Assembly (NCBI GenBank): GCA_963719515.1
Contig: CAVRCJ010000007.1
Location: 1-64,000, forward strand
Direction: 5' to 3'
Length of the DNA: 64,000 nucleotides
Source of the DNA: an uncultured cyanobacterium
GTDB lineage: Bacteria > Cyanobacteriota > Cyanobacteriia > CAKZMO01
In this document: positions 39,766-49,862 of the stretch, in pieces
How the letters are laid out: every line of letters starts with the position of its first letter
How positions within the stretch are numbered: position 1 is the first letter of the stretch
Notes under the pieces: model-generated
The model's input: only the letters and a program-made list of their open reading frames with translations
Database searches by the model: none
What the model was told of the DNA's origin: nothing
Made by a program: the position numbers and the translations under genes

Positions 39766-40989
39766 ATGAAACTTACTGAGCTAGTTCAGCTTCTCGAGCC
39801 GCCCAACAAGCACTTCAGCGGGTACTTATTCTTAAGCAATCAAAAGGTTGCTTGGGGTCTTATCTTCATTCAAGGCCAGCTTCTCTATGCGGAGGATAAG
39901 CGGCATGCGGTTCGTCGCTGGAGCCGCAATATAGAGCAGTATTTCCCAAACTATGACTGGCGAGCGGACCTTACCCAACCCGCAGACTGCTTTTCTTGGC
40001 AGGTTCGCATCCTTGACAACGGCATTCACTGCCAGAGATTGAGCTTAGTCCGCGCTAAGCTTATGCTGCGAAACCTGCTTCAGGAATGCCTATTCGAACT
40101 CAGTCTTTGCGATCGCCTCGACATAAACTGGCAGCCGACTTCGCTACCAGTATCGCGATCTTGCCAGAGCATTGCCCTTTCTTCTTGGGAAAGCAAAATG
40201 ATTTTTGGCAAGGTCGACATCATGCACAAGCAGTGGCAGGAGATTGGACTCATGCAGTGGGAGCCAACATTGTCGCCAACGCTTAAGAAGGACGTTCAAG
40301 CGTCGCAGCTCTCTACGAATCTGCCGGTTGATCATGCCTACCTCAGGGGCGACTTTACCCTTTGGGAAATTGCGGGACAGCTCAACAAGCAGCCCGGAGA
40401 AGTCGCGGAGACTTTGCTACCGTTCATCCATGAGGAAACGTTAGACTTCCTGGCGATCGCTGATTTTCCGATACCGAATGCCCAGGCTACGGCCCCCAAC
40501 ACGGCACCGCAGCAGATCTCGGTCGCAGCCCAGATTGCTCAATCGAGTACCGCGCTTGAAGTAGGCCACACCAGACCACAGGCAGGTCCATCAGACTGCG
40601 TTCAGCCGTTGATTGCCTGCATTGACGATAGCCCTGTTCTGACCCACAGTCTAAAGAAAATGCTGGGTTCAGTGGGCTACCGGACACTCATTATTCAAGA
40701 GCCAATGCGGGGTTTTTCGCAGCTTATAGATCATAGACCGGCCTTGATTCTGCTCGATTTGATGCTGCCCAACGCTGACGGCTACAGCGTCTGTAAGTTC
40801 TTGCGAAATACGCCGGTGTTTGAAAAAACGCCCATTATTATTCTGACTGGGCAGAGTAAGCCTATCGATCGCGCTCGGGCCAGCTTGGCGGGGGCAACGG
40901 AGTTTTTGGTAAAGCCTCCAAAGCGCGCCCAGCTGCTGGAGATGATTGGTCGGTATGCAGGCCTCGAGGCCTGTATTAACCACGCCTGA
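39766..40989 (+). CDS. PatA-family response regulator (PATAN + REC)
   Basis: N-terminal WGLIFIQGQLLYA..HAVRRW; C-terminal IACIDDS, LLDLMLP, FLVKP; divergent from the che operon. Confidence 0.88.
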   Translation: MKLTELVQLLEPPNKHFSGYLFLSNQKVAWGLIFIQGQLLYAEDKRHAVRRWSRNIEQYFPNYDWRADLTQPADCFSWQVRILDNGIHCQRLSLVRAKLMLRNLLQECLFELSLCDRLDINWQPTSLPVSRSCQSIALSSWESKMIFGKVDIMHKQWQEIGLMQWEPTLSPTLKKDVQASQLSTNLPVDHAYLRGDFTLWEIAGQLNKQPGEVAETLLPFIHEETLDFLAIADFPIPNAQATAPNTAPQQISVAAQIAQSSTALEVGHTRPQAGPSDCVQPLIACIDDSPVLTHSLKKMLGSVGYRTLIIQEPMRGFSQLIDHRPALILLDLMLPNADGYSVCKFLRNTPVFEKTPIIILTGQSKPIDRARASLAGATEFLVKPPKRAQLLEMIGRYAGLEACINHA

Positions 40990-41047
40990 TGCCCTTTGCC
41001 GCAGGCTTCTCTCCCTACCGGTCGTAGAGCAGTCACGATTCGGCTTA

Positions 41048-42133
41048 TCAAAATATATCCGGGTCAAAATGTACCTTCACCCCCAGCATCTCCTCCATCG
41101 CCGCAATCATCTCCTCCGGCGATGGCGGGCTAGGGCCCTCGACAAACTCCTGAATCGTTATCTTGCGATCGCGAAAATCCCGCACAAAGTCTCGGATTTC
41201 CTCCATCGCCTTGATCTCTACCGCCGCTTCCTCCACCAGCTCGCCCACTAGGTCAACCCCTTCCTTAGCCGCCTTACGGTAGGTCTTCACCATCACCCCT
41301 TCCTGGGTATTGTTCCGCAGCTCCCGAAGCTCATGCTTGATGCTCTCATACTGCTCCTGCAGCTGAACGTTCTCCCGAGCTAGCCGCTGGCACTCGCGCT
41401 CAACGTCGCTCTCCGCCGAGCTAACGGTCTCCGCCAGCTCGGCGTCTTGCTGCTCTAGCTCCAACAGCCGCGCAAAATCCCCCGACTTATAGGCCCGGTT
41501 GATCTCTTTCATGATTTCCGTATTGCGGGCTTGGGCCGTCTCGTCCTCAGCCCGATCGGGGTGGTAGACGGAGGCTAGCCGCAAAAAAGTTTGCCGAAAG
41601 GCGCGATCGCGCCCTGCTGAGGCGTCGGATGCTGCTGCACTGTCGTCGGCTGCACCATCATCGGGTTCTGGCCCTGAGGACTCCCCGTCCTGCGGCCCAA
41701 ATCCAGCTGAGAAGGGATCTGCCTCTGCAGGGTCAAAATCGGATTCATCCTCGCGAAAAAAGTTATCGCCATTAGAGTTGAAGCTGATGATACCCTGCAT
41801 CTGCAGCGAACGATAGACCTGCTCCACCTGGCGGCGCGATCGCTTCCCGAGCTTGCGCTTTTTAAAAATTTCGTCAAATAGAGCGTGAATTTCGGCATCC
41901 AGGACTCTCATCTCACTTAGACTCCCAGAACTGCGCTGAAACAGCTCGCTCGCCAAGTCGCGCATCTGGGTGATGAAATTATCGAGTTCACTGCGCTTGC
42001 GGCGAATCTGCTTCAGCAGCCAGCGGCGCTCTTGCTCTAGCCCCAGCAGCGTTTCGTGGGGAATGACCTCAGCTAAACCAGACTTACTGCTTGCAGCCGG
42101 CGATTTTTGCTTTACCACTAGGGCCTCCCGCAA
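41048..42133 (-). CDS. J-domain-containing coiled-coil protein
   Basis: FLRLASVYHPD..MKEINRAY. Confidence 0.8.
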   Translation of the reverse strand: MREALVVKQKSPAASSKSGLAEVIPHETLLGLEQERRWLLKQIRRKRSELDNFITQMRDLASELFQRSSGSLSEMRVLDAEIHALFDEIFKKRKLGKRSRRQVEQVYRSLQMQGIISFNSNGDNFFREDESDFDPAEADPFSAGFGPQDGESSGPEPDDGAADDSAAASDASAGRDRAFRQTFLRLASVYHPDRAEDETAQARNTEIMKEINRAYKSGDFARLLELEQQDAELAETVSSAESDVERECQRLARENVQLQEQYESIKHELRELRNNTQEGVMVKTYRKAAKEGVDLVGELVEEAAVEIKAMEEIRDFVRDFRDRKITIQEFVEGPSPPSPEEMIAAMEEMLGVKVHFDPDIF

Positions 42134-42217
42134 CGCTCTTCAAAGATGGCAGCTAGAGTATTATTACCACAGCGACTCGCCAACGCGCTGTTGCGTCAGA
42201 GAAAGTTTTGGGTCCGG

Positions 42218-42736
42218 CTAAATTACCACTGACCGATTGCCGTAGAAAAGCTGGGATAAGCAGGTGGCAAACGGAGCGTCAAACATCACGTCTTGGCGAT
42301 CGCGGATCGTTCCATCGGGAAGCACCGCGTTAGTAATCAGCGCGTAGCGGAGCTGCTCCCAGTTGACCTTAGCCCCCGCCAAATTAGCACCCCGAAGATC
42401 TGCGCCAATCAAGTTCGCCCCCAGCAGGTTCGCCTGACGCAGGTCTGCTCCCCGCAGGCAAGAGACAATCAGCACCGCATTGCTTAGGTTAGCTCGCCTG
42501 AGGACAGCGCTTTCCAAATTTGCGTTTTGCAAATTAGCCCCGCACAGCGTTGCCTCCGTCAAGATTGTGTTGCGCAGGTCAGCGCCGCTCAGGTCCGTTC
42601 TGGCGAAACTCGCCCTGTTGAGCTTAGCGCTATGCATCGTAATTCGGCTCAGATCGCGATCGCTCAGGTCCGCACCCGCAAGGGAAGCGGCTACCAAATC
42701 AGAGGTCGAGTAGACGCTCGACGCTATATCTTCCAT
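42218..42736 (-). CDS. pentapeptide repeat protein
   Basis: Tandem A(D/N)Lxx repeats. Confidence 0.88.
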   Translation of the reverse strand: MEDIASSVYSTSDLVAASLAGADLSDRDLSRITMHSAKLNRASFARTDLSGADLRNTILTEATLCGANLQNANLESAVLRRANLSNAVLIVSCLRGADLRQANLLGANLIGADLRGANLAGAKVNWEQLRYALITNAVLPDGTIRDRQDVMFDAPFATCLSQLFYGNRSVVI

Positions 42737-43119
42737 AAGTTGTTTACCGTAAATGGGTCTCGCTGGCCCCTGCTGGCACCTGCTGGTCCCTGTGGAGCCA
42801 GATCATCGCCTCTAGACATTTCCTCAGTAGAGTACCCACACCCCCCAATGGAAGCCATGTCGAACGCCCCTCTTCTCCGTTATAGGAGCAAACGGCCTCA
42901 ACGCCGTTAAGGCACTGTAAAAAAACGCGATTGAGTGTATTTTTAAGCACATTGGCCTCCGTACGGAGGAGCATTTTACAGTTGAGCACGTCCGCAGATT
43001 TGGCCCAATCACAGTGTTGTTTTCCTTCACCCCCTCGTCGAGACCGCGCCCAACCGCCGCGATCGCCAGCAGGCCTAATCGCTAAGAAAAGTTACAAGTT
43101 TATGGGTGGATCAAGCTTT

Positions 43120-43365
43120 GAGGCTGTGGAAAAGCTCTAAAAGACTGTGGAAAACTGGGGGGAAATATTGTTGAAAACAGGGGCCTTCAATGAGGAAAAC
43201 TCAGTAGTACAGGTAAACTGTGGGAATCTCGCCGTTTTCCCCACAGGTTTTCCACAGGACTTGTTCAGACGGAAAATCCTTGTATGCCGTTAGTTCACAG
43301 ATTTTCCACAGTTTCCACAGGTCCTACTACTGATCCGGTTTAAAAACTTTCTTTTAAAGAAGTAG
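43120..43365. other. putative chromosomal replication origin (oriC)
   Basis: Cyanobacterial DnaA boxes TTTTCCACA/TGTGGAAAA, perfect at 43125, 43146, 43248, 43302 and near-matches at 43169, 43191, 43219, 43237, 43311; then GGTC-CTACTACT (trio-like) and an AT-rich tract; directly upstream of dnaN. Confidence 0.85.
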
Positions 43366-43536
43366 AACTCTTTAGACGCGAGCAATTCAATAATTGAACC
43401 CGCAAGACAGGAGTGCTAGAATCTCGTTCTCAGGATGCTTAACTTTTTGATACCGAGCACTTGCGCCGAGCGCTTGCACAGCAGGCTCTCGGCTTACACC
43501 GCGCTTCTCAGCCCCAAATTCAGTTGCTGGTACCCC

Positions 43537-44670
43537 ATGAAACTCATCTGCTCCCAAAACGAACTCAACACACAGCTGTCTTTGGTTAACCGAGTGGTAC
43601 CTTCTCGGCCTAGCCATCCCGTTTTGGCAAATGTGCTGTTTCAGGCGGACGCTGAGCGACAGCAAGTCAAGATGACCGGTTTCGATTTGAGCATTGGCGT
43701 GCAAACCAGCTTTGGAGCTCAAATCGAGTCAGGGGGGACCATCACGCTGCCCGCCAAGCTGCTGAGCGATATTGTCTCCCGACTTCCCGATGGAGACATC
43801 ACGCTAGATGACGATGAGGGAGAAGAGCTGATTACAATCACGGCGGCATCGGGGCGATACCAGGTTCGGGGGTTAAGCGCTGCTGACTACCCAGAGTTGC
43901 CCACCGTCAGTGAGGGTGATGTGGCGACGCTGCCGGTCGATACGCTGACGGAAGGGCTGCAGGGGGCCCTGTTTGCCTCTAGCTCCGACGAAGCAAAGCA
44001 GGTGCTTACTGGCGTTCACCTGACCTCTGCAGCTGATGGCCTCGAATTTGCCGCCACGGACGGACACCGGCTTGCCGTCGTAAAAACCGTTGAAGGAAAC
44101 GCGCCGGAAAGTGCGGCTGAGTTTGATGTGACTGTGCCGGGCAAAGCGCTACGAGAATTGGAGCGGATGCTGCAGTCGAATCCAGCGACTGAGGCGATCG
44201 CGCTTCAATTCGACCAAGGACAGCTGGTCGTCGAGTGGGAGGGCAAGCGTCTTACGAGCCGCCTACTAGAAGGGCAGTATCCCAACTACCGGCAGCTGAT
44301 TCCAAAACAGTTTGGCAGACAGATGACGGTGGAGCGCCGGCTGCTAGTGGCGGCGCTAGAGCGAATCTCGGTGCTGGCGGATCAAAAAAACGGTATTGTG
44401 AAGCTAGAGGTGAGCAACGCCGATCGCGAAGTGATTTTGACGGTAGACGCGCCAGATGTGGGCAGCGGCAAAGAAGCCGTGCCGGCTCAAGTTACCGGGG
44501 AAGATTTAGAAATTGCGTTTAACGTGCGCTATCTACTGGAGGGGCTGAAAGCCATCAGCTCGGCGGAGGTGCAGATGCAGTTTAACAACCCCACTAGTCC
44601 GGCTATTGTGACACCCTTGGGCGGTATCAAGATGACCTACCTCGTGATGCCGGTGCAAATTAGGTCATAG
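43537..44670 (+). CDS. dnaN: DNA polymerase III beta sliding clamp
   Basis: MKLICSQNEL, HPVLANVL, AATDGHRL, YPNYRQLIP, YLVMPVQIR. Confidence 0.97.
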   Translation: MKLICSQNELNTQLSLVNRVVPSRPSHPVLANVLFQADAERQQVKMTGFDLSIGVQTSFGAQIESGGTITLPAKLLSDIVSRLPDGDITLDDDEGEELITITAASGRYQVRGLSAADYPELPTVSEGDVATLPVDTLTEGLQGALFASSSDEAKQVLTGVHLTSAADGLEFAATDGHRLAVVKTVEGNAPESAAEFDVTVPGKALRELERMLQSNPATEAIALQFDQGQLVVEWEGKRLTSRLLEGQYPNYRQLIPKQFGRQMTVERRLLVAALERISVLADQKNGIVKLEVSNADREVILTVDAPDVGSGKEAVPAQVTGEDLEIAFNVRYLLEGLKAISSAEVQMQFNNPTSPAIVTPLGGIKMTYLVMPVQIRS

Positions 44671-44750
44671 CCCCCTTGGATAGTAAATCTTGGATAGTTA
44701 AAGTAGCGCCTCGGTTAGGCAGAAAACTTCACCGCTCAAAACGATTTTAA

Positions 44751-45174
44751 CTTTTAGGCGGGAAGTCCCGCGCTTTAATCTTTGATTAAGCGTCGGGATG
44801 AGAGCCGCGTGAGCCGGAGGTGAACAGTACTTGTGCATGCTAGAATGTATACATATCAATTGTTTAGCAAGGTTTTCCACCCCTCCAAGGTGTTCGTCGA
44901 GAAAAGTATCACCCATAGAAAACGTAACGGTGACGCGACACAGTTTTTGGAAGAAAGGAAGCTCAAAAAAGCAATCTGTCTGGGGTTGGTCATTGCCCGG
45001 ACGTAAAACAAATTTCCTATGGATGGGATCTAATCGGGGCCAGTACAGCTTGCTGTATGGCTAGACAGGACCAGATGAAGTAGGAAACCTTCTTGTGCGG
45101 TACCCATTCGTTTGCGGTGCGTGAGCCAAGAAGCCCGTGCTGTATGCGCAGCATCAGCGTCGGGAGTATGTCAC
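44751..45174 (+). mobile_element. non-autonomous IS200/IS605 derivative retaining both ends and the omega-RNA region
   Basis: Left end GAAGTCCCGCGCT..AGCGTCGGGATG; right end GAAGCCCGTGCTG..CAGCGTCGGGAGTATGTCAC; both resemble the ends of the 5716-7153 element; no intact ORF; left boundary approximate. Confidence 0.75.
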
Positions 45175-45348
45175 TGAGCTCTGGCTTTGGTAACTTTTGT
45201 TGCTGATTGTGAGAACGCGATCGCGGCTAATTATCGCCACAGTGCGTTTTTGTGAGAAAAGGTCGATTCCCCTGTTTCAACAAAGGTAGATTAGGCGTTA
45301 TCGTATTGCTTGACTGCATCTGTTGGAACCGGTTGTGAGCCTTTTGCT

Positions 45349-46374
45349 ATGCCTGAGCTGTTGACCCGAATTCTGCTACTCGCCATTTTCGTTTGGCTCT
45401 TTTGGTATATCGTTCGAGAGCTAATCCCCGGCAACTATTTGACCATTTTGGGAGGCATAGCGCTGGTTGCCTTAGCAGTTGTTGCTTTTCAAGATCCCAA
45501 CGATCGCCTGGTCGGGCCTATTTGGACGGTGCTTTCCTTTCCGTTCAAGCCTTTAGGGCTATCGATCTTGCTGCTGACGATCGCCCTGCGTAAAGGCCTC
45601 AAAGCAATGGATTCAAATCTTGTTGCTTGGGCCTTAGCGGTTTTATGGATTTTCAGCACGCCCCTAGTCGCCTATTGGCTGGTGGGGCGTACCCAGGAAA
45701 CCGCTGAGCAGCTCGCTGCCCTCAACGATCAGGGCCGAGCGGCGGATGTCATTGTAGTGCTGGGAGATGGCCTCAACCCCGCTGACCCGGCCTATCGCGG
45801 GGGCACTCAGCTCAATAACCCAGACAACGGGTTTGGCAATAGCTTTGTTAGCCGTTTGCAGTATGCCGGACAGCTCTATCAAGAGCAGCAGTTTCTGGGC
45901 GGGGCTCCGCCGCTAGTCATTGTCAGCCCAGGGCCTCAAGTCATTGAAGATACCGATGAGGTGGAAGATAGCGTCTTACGTATTCTGGGCGCCTTTGGGG
46001 TGCCCTCAGACCAGGTCGTGGTAGAAGAATTCGGAGTCGACATGCGCACCAGCGCTGATGGCGTGGCCTTTATTCTCGAAGGCCGAGACTATTCAGAGAC
46101 GGGGTATACCCTGCTGCTGGTTGCGCCTGCGAATAAGGTCCGCCGGGGGCGCTCCACCTTTGCCGATGCCCTAGGCATTCTCAACGATAATGTTGTGCCT
46201 GCCCCCACCGATTTCTATGGGTTTCAGACCGCCAACAGCGATCTGATCATGCGGCTAGGCGACCTGCTCCCGACGGCTGAGGCCCTAAATTTATCGAGCG
46301 ACGTCGTTGAGGAGTATCTTGCTATGATCTACTACTTCTTAAGAGGGTGGCTGTACGACCCAATCGACGCATAG
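45349..46374 (+). CDS. YdcF/DUF218-family membrane protein
   Basis: N-terminal TM helices; DVIVVLG, SRLQYAGQLY, VPAPTDF, VVEEYLAMIYYFLRGW. Confidence 0.8.
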   Translation: MPELLTRILLLAIFVWLFWYIVRELIPGNYLTILGGIALVALAVVAFQDPNDRLVGPIWTVLSFPFKPLGLSILLLTIALRKGLKAMDSNLVAWALAVLWIFSTPLVAYWLVGRTQETAEQLAALNDQGRAADVIVVLGDGLNPADPAYRGGTQLNNPDNGFGNSFVSRLQYAGQLYQEQQFLGGAPPLVIVSPGPQVIEDTDEVEDSVLRILGAFGVPSDQVVVEEFGVDMRTSADGVAFILEGRDYSETGYTLLLVAPANKVRRGRSTFADALGILNDNVVPAPTDFYGFQTANSDLIMRLGDLLPTAEALNLSSDVVEEYLAMIYYFLRGWLYDPIDA

Positions 46375-46499
46375 GCCCAATCGACGCATAGGGTATCTCG
46401 CCTCAAGGCAGGAGGCATCTCATCAAGAGGCAGTAGCATGGATGGGTACGTGCTGTATTGTGCGCTACGATTCGATCTCCCCTTTGCCTGTTGCCAACG

Positions 46500-48248
46500 A
46501 TGACTCAATCTACCCCCGCCACCCTCCGCTCTTACGTTCGCCCTTATTGGCATAAAACAGCGTTAGGCATCGCTGCACTGCTAGTGGTCAACGGCATCGG
46601 AGCCTACATTCCTCAGCTGATCCGCAGCGGCATCGACCGCTTAGAGGTTGCTTTTGACTTTGACCAGATTTTGCAGGCTGCCGTCACGGCGATTCTCCTG
46701 GCTTCCGTGATGTGGGTCATGCGCATGGTGTCGCGCATTTTGATTTTTGGGGTGGGGCGTCAGGTTGAGTTTGATCTCAAGCAGCGGATTTTTCAGCATT
46801 TGCTCAAGTTGGAGCCTGCGTACTTTGAGCAAGTGAAGCCAGGGGAAATTATCAGCCGCGCCACCAGTGACGTCGACAATATTCGTCGCCTGGTCGGGTT
46901 TGCGGTGCTGAGCCTGGCCAACACCCTGTTTGCCTATGTGATTACGCTTCCCTTCATGCTCGCCATCAACGTCCGGCTGACCCTGGCCTCGCTGGTGGTC
47001 TATCCCATCATGCTGTTTATGGTGAGTCTATTTAGCGAGCGCCTGCGGGATGAGCAGCAGGTGGTGCAGGAGAAAAATGCCAATATCAGCGACCTCATTC
47101 AGGAAGACATGAGCGGTATGGCGCTGATCAAAATCTATAGCCAGGAGGACAACGAGCGGCAGGCTTTCCGTCAGCTTAACCATCAGCTCCTCACCGCTAA
47201 CCTCCAGTTAGGCCGCACCCGCAATACCCTGTTTCCGCTCTTGAGCGGCTTGGCCAGCGTCAGCTTACTGGTGATTTTGGCCTTAGGGGCCGGGGCGATC
47301 GCCGATGGCTCCTTAAGCGTCGGCGATTTTGTGGCCCTGCTGCTCTACGTGGAACGGCTAGTGTTTCCGACGGCGCTGCTGGGCTTCACCATCACGGCCT
47401 ACCAGCGCGGCGAGGTCAGTATTAACCGGGTGGAAGGCATTCTGTCGGTAAAGCCGAGCATCTACAGTGGGTCCCAGGCTGAGCCCCTGCCTCAAGCTGA
47501 GGTGAAGGGCCATATTGAAGCCCAGCAGCTCAGCTATAGCTACCCTGGCGCAGCGCAACCGGCCCTGGAGGACGTGACTTTCGCGATCGCCCCCGGAGAA
47601 ACCGTGGCTGTGGTGGGGCCAATCGGCTCTGGTAAGTCGACCTTGGCCAATGCGGTTCCCTACCTGTTGGACCTGCCGCCAGGACAGCTGTTTGTCGACG
47701 GTCACGATATTACGACCCTACTGCTGCCCGATCTGCGAGAGGCGATCGCCTACGTGCCTCAAGACAGCTTCTTGTTTAGCACTAGCATCCGCAATAATAT
47801 TCGCTATGGCGCTCCCCTAGCCGAGCAGCCTGCGGTAGAGCAGGCCGCCAAGCAGGCGCAGATTCACGGCGAGATTCTTAACTTTCCGAAGCAGTACGAT
47901 ACTTTGGTGGGGGAGCGAGGGATCACCTTGTCGGGAGGCCAGCGCCAGCGGACTGCCCTGGCCCGAGCGCTGCTGGTAGACGCCCCCATTTTGATTTTGG
48001 ATGACGCGCTCTCCAGCGTTGATAGCCGTACGGCAAGCGCTATTCTGGAAAACCTGTCGGGGGGAACGGCCCAAAAGACGGTGATCTTCATTTCCCATCA
48101 AATGGCGGCGGCGGCCACCGCCGATCGGATTTTTGTGATGGATAAGGGTAGGATTGTGCAATCAGGCACCCATAGTCTTTTGCTTCGGCAGGCCGGACTT
48201 TACCGTCAGCTTTGGGAGCAGCATCAGCTAGAAGAAGTCCTTCGCTAG
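46500..48248 (+). CDS. ABC exporter, fused permease/ATPase
   Basis: TM domain; GPIGSGKST, LSGGQRQR, ILDDALSSVD. Confidence 0.95.
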   Translation: MTQSTPATLRSYVRPYWHKTALGIAALLVVNGIGAYIPQLIRSGIDRLEVAFDFDQILQAAVTAILLASVMWVMRMVSRILIFGVGRQVEFDLKQRIFQHLLKLEPAYFEQVKPGEIISRATSDVDNIRRLVGFAVLSLANTLFAYVITLPFMLAINVRLTLASLVVYPIMLFMVSLFSERLRDEQQVVQEKNANISDLIQEDMSGMALIKIYSQEDNERQAFRQLNHQLLTANLQLGRTRNTLFPLLSGLASVSLLVILALGAGAIADGSLSVGDFVALLLYVERLVFPTALLGFTITAYQRGEVSINRVEGILSVKPSIYSGSQAEPLPQAEVKGHIEAQQLSYSYPGAAQPALEDVTFAIAPGETVAVVGPIGSGKSTLANAVPYLLDLPPGQLFVDGHDITTLLLPDLREAIAYVPQDSFLFSTSIRNNIRYGAPLAEQPAVEQAAKQAQIHGEILNFPKQYDTLVGERGITLSGGQRQRTALARALLVDAPILILDDALSSVDSRTASAILENLSGGTAQKTVIFISHQMAAAATADRIFVMDKGRIVQSGTHSLLLRQAGLYRQLWEQHQLEEVLR

Positions 48249-48276
48249 GGCCCAATCAGAGTTATCCGCTAGGTTA

Positions 48277-49752
48277 ATGCCAAATATTATTACCCGCTCT
48301 AAACCGAACCTGGAGTTTATTCCCCCTCGGTACGCTGCTGCTGTGAGGTGGGCTGGCGCCCACGTGATCCCGTTTTGGCTGCGGCATCAGCTGCGGGTGA
48401 CCGAAGTCGAGCTAGTTGGCAGTAAAGAGCTTGCTGAGCTGTATCAGTTCTTTGAGTCCGGAAAGGTAAAATTTTTGCTGGCGTTTCGCCATCCCACAAC
48501 GGATGACCCGCTCTGCATTGCCCATGCCCTCTGGAATAAGCTGCCTCAGGCGGTCCCTGAAGCTCGCGCCCTCGGCAAAGCGACCCACGCCCACTTTGTC
48601 TACGAGCGCGGTATTCCCCTCTGGGCCGGACGGTGGACGGGGTGGCTCTTCTCTCGCTTAGGTGGGACACCCATCCGCCGTGGGGTTCTCGATACCCAAG
48701 GGCTGCGCTCTATTCGCGACCTGCTGGCTTCGGGAGAGTTCCCGGTGGCGATCGCTCCCGAGGGGGCGACTAATGGCCATAACGAGCTTGTGAGCCCTAT
48801 CGAGCCCGGTATTGCCCAGTTTGGGTTTTGGTGCCTAGATGACCTGCACAAGGCTGGGCGAGGGGAGGACGTCTTGATCGTGCCCTTAGGTGTGCAGTAC
48901 CACTTTGTGAACCCGCCCTGGGGAGCGCTGGTAGACCGTCTAGCCCAGCTTGAAGCTGACACCGGCCTCGAGCCACCAGATGAGTCGCTGATGCTGCAGG
49001 ACGGACAGCCGCCCTCCCCTGAGGAGGACGAGCTGCTCTACCGGCGGCTGCTGCGTCTTGGGGAGCATTTGCTCTCTCAGGTCGAGACGTTCTACCAGAC
49101 CTATTACGGCTACCAAGCGACCTCAGAGGCCTTCGATACTCAAAGGCCTGACGCACGTGATGTAAGGTCTACCGCCGCTGGTTCCCCTACAACGGGTTCC
49201 CCCACAGCTGGTCCTGCCGCAGCGGTTCCTGCCGCAAACCGCGACTTCGCCACCCGCCTCAGAAACCTACTCAACGTGGCGCTATCGGTGGCAGAGGAAA
49301 CCTTTGACATTAAGGCTAAGGGCAGTTTGAGCGATCGCTGTCGGCGGGTGGAGCAAATGGGATGGGACCGCATCTACCGGGATGACTCTGCCCCAGAAAT
49401 TTCTCCTCTGAAGCGCGGGCTTAACGAGCTGGTGGCGGAGGAGGCAGACCTGCGCATTTGGCACATGCGGCTGGTGGAGAGTTTGGTGAGCGTCACGGGA
49501 AAATACGTGGCCGAGGCGCGAACCATTGACCGCTACGCTGATACCACCTTGTTAATGTGGAAAATCGTCAACCAGATCTGCGGCAAGCGGTCGGCCCGTC
49601 GCCAGTACTTAGGCGATCGCACGGTGCAGGTGACCGTGGGTGAGCCCATATCGGTGGGCGATCGCCGGTCTGAGTACAAAGAAAATCGACGACAGGCTGT
49701 AGCGGACCTCACCCAAAAGCTACAGACGGCAATGGAATCCTTGGTTGTTTAA
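48277..49752 (+). CDS. phospholipid/glycerol acyltransferase (PlsC-like)
   Basis: FRHPTTDD (Hx4D), GGTPIRRG, APEG. Confidence 0.85.
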   Translation: MPNIITRSKPNLEFIPPRYAAAVRWAGAHVIPFWLRHQLRVTEVELVGSKELAELYQFFESGKVKFLLAFRHPTTDDPLCIAHALWNKLPQAVPEARALGKATHAHFVYERGIPLWAGRWTGWLFSRLGGTPIRRGVLDTQGLRSIRDLLASGEFPVAIAPEGATNGHNELVSPIEPGIAQFGFWCLDDLHKAGRGEDVLIVPLGVQYHFVNPPWGALVDRLAQLEADTGLEPPDESLMLQDGQPPSPEEDELLYRRLLRLGEHLLSQVETFYQTYYGYQATSEAFDTQRPDARDVRSTAAGSPTTGSPTAGPAAAVPAANRDFATRLRNLLNVALSVAEETFDIKAKGSLSDRCRRVEQMGWDRIYRDDSAPEISPLKRGLNELVAEEADLRIWHMRLVESLVSVTGKYVAEARTIDRYADTTLLMWKIVNQICGKRSARRQYLGDRTVQVTVGEPISVGDRRSEYKENRRQAVADLTQKLQTAMESLVV

Positions 49753-49862
49753 CGCGCCCGTTCAAAGGGCCACACAGCCAATCCCCACGTTATCCTCAGG
49801 TCCGCTTCAGCTTTAGATGGCGTAATAGGCACAAGACCAGGTTGTCGCAGTAGAGCCGTCCT

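Noticed and set aside
43435..43536. N-terminal extension of DnaN
   Set aside because: Family similarity starts at MKLICSQ (43537); the extension is probably not translated
49175..49236. 15-nt degenerate repeats in the acyltransferase as a mobile insertion
   Set aside because: In-frame low-complexity linker (AGSPT-TGSPT-AGPAA) with no double-hairpin structure
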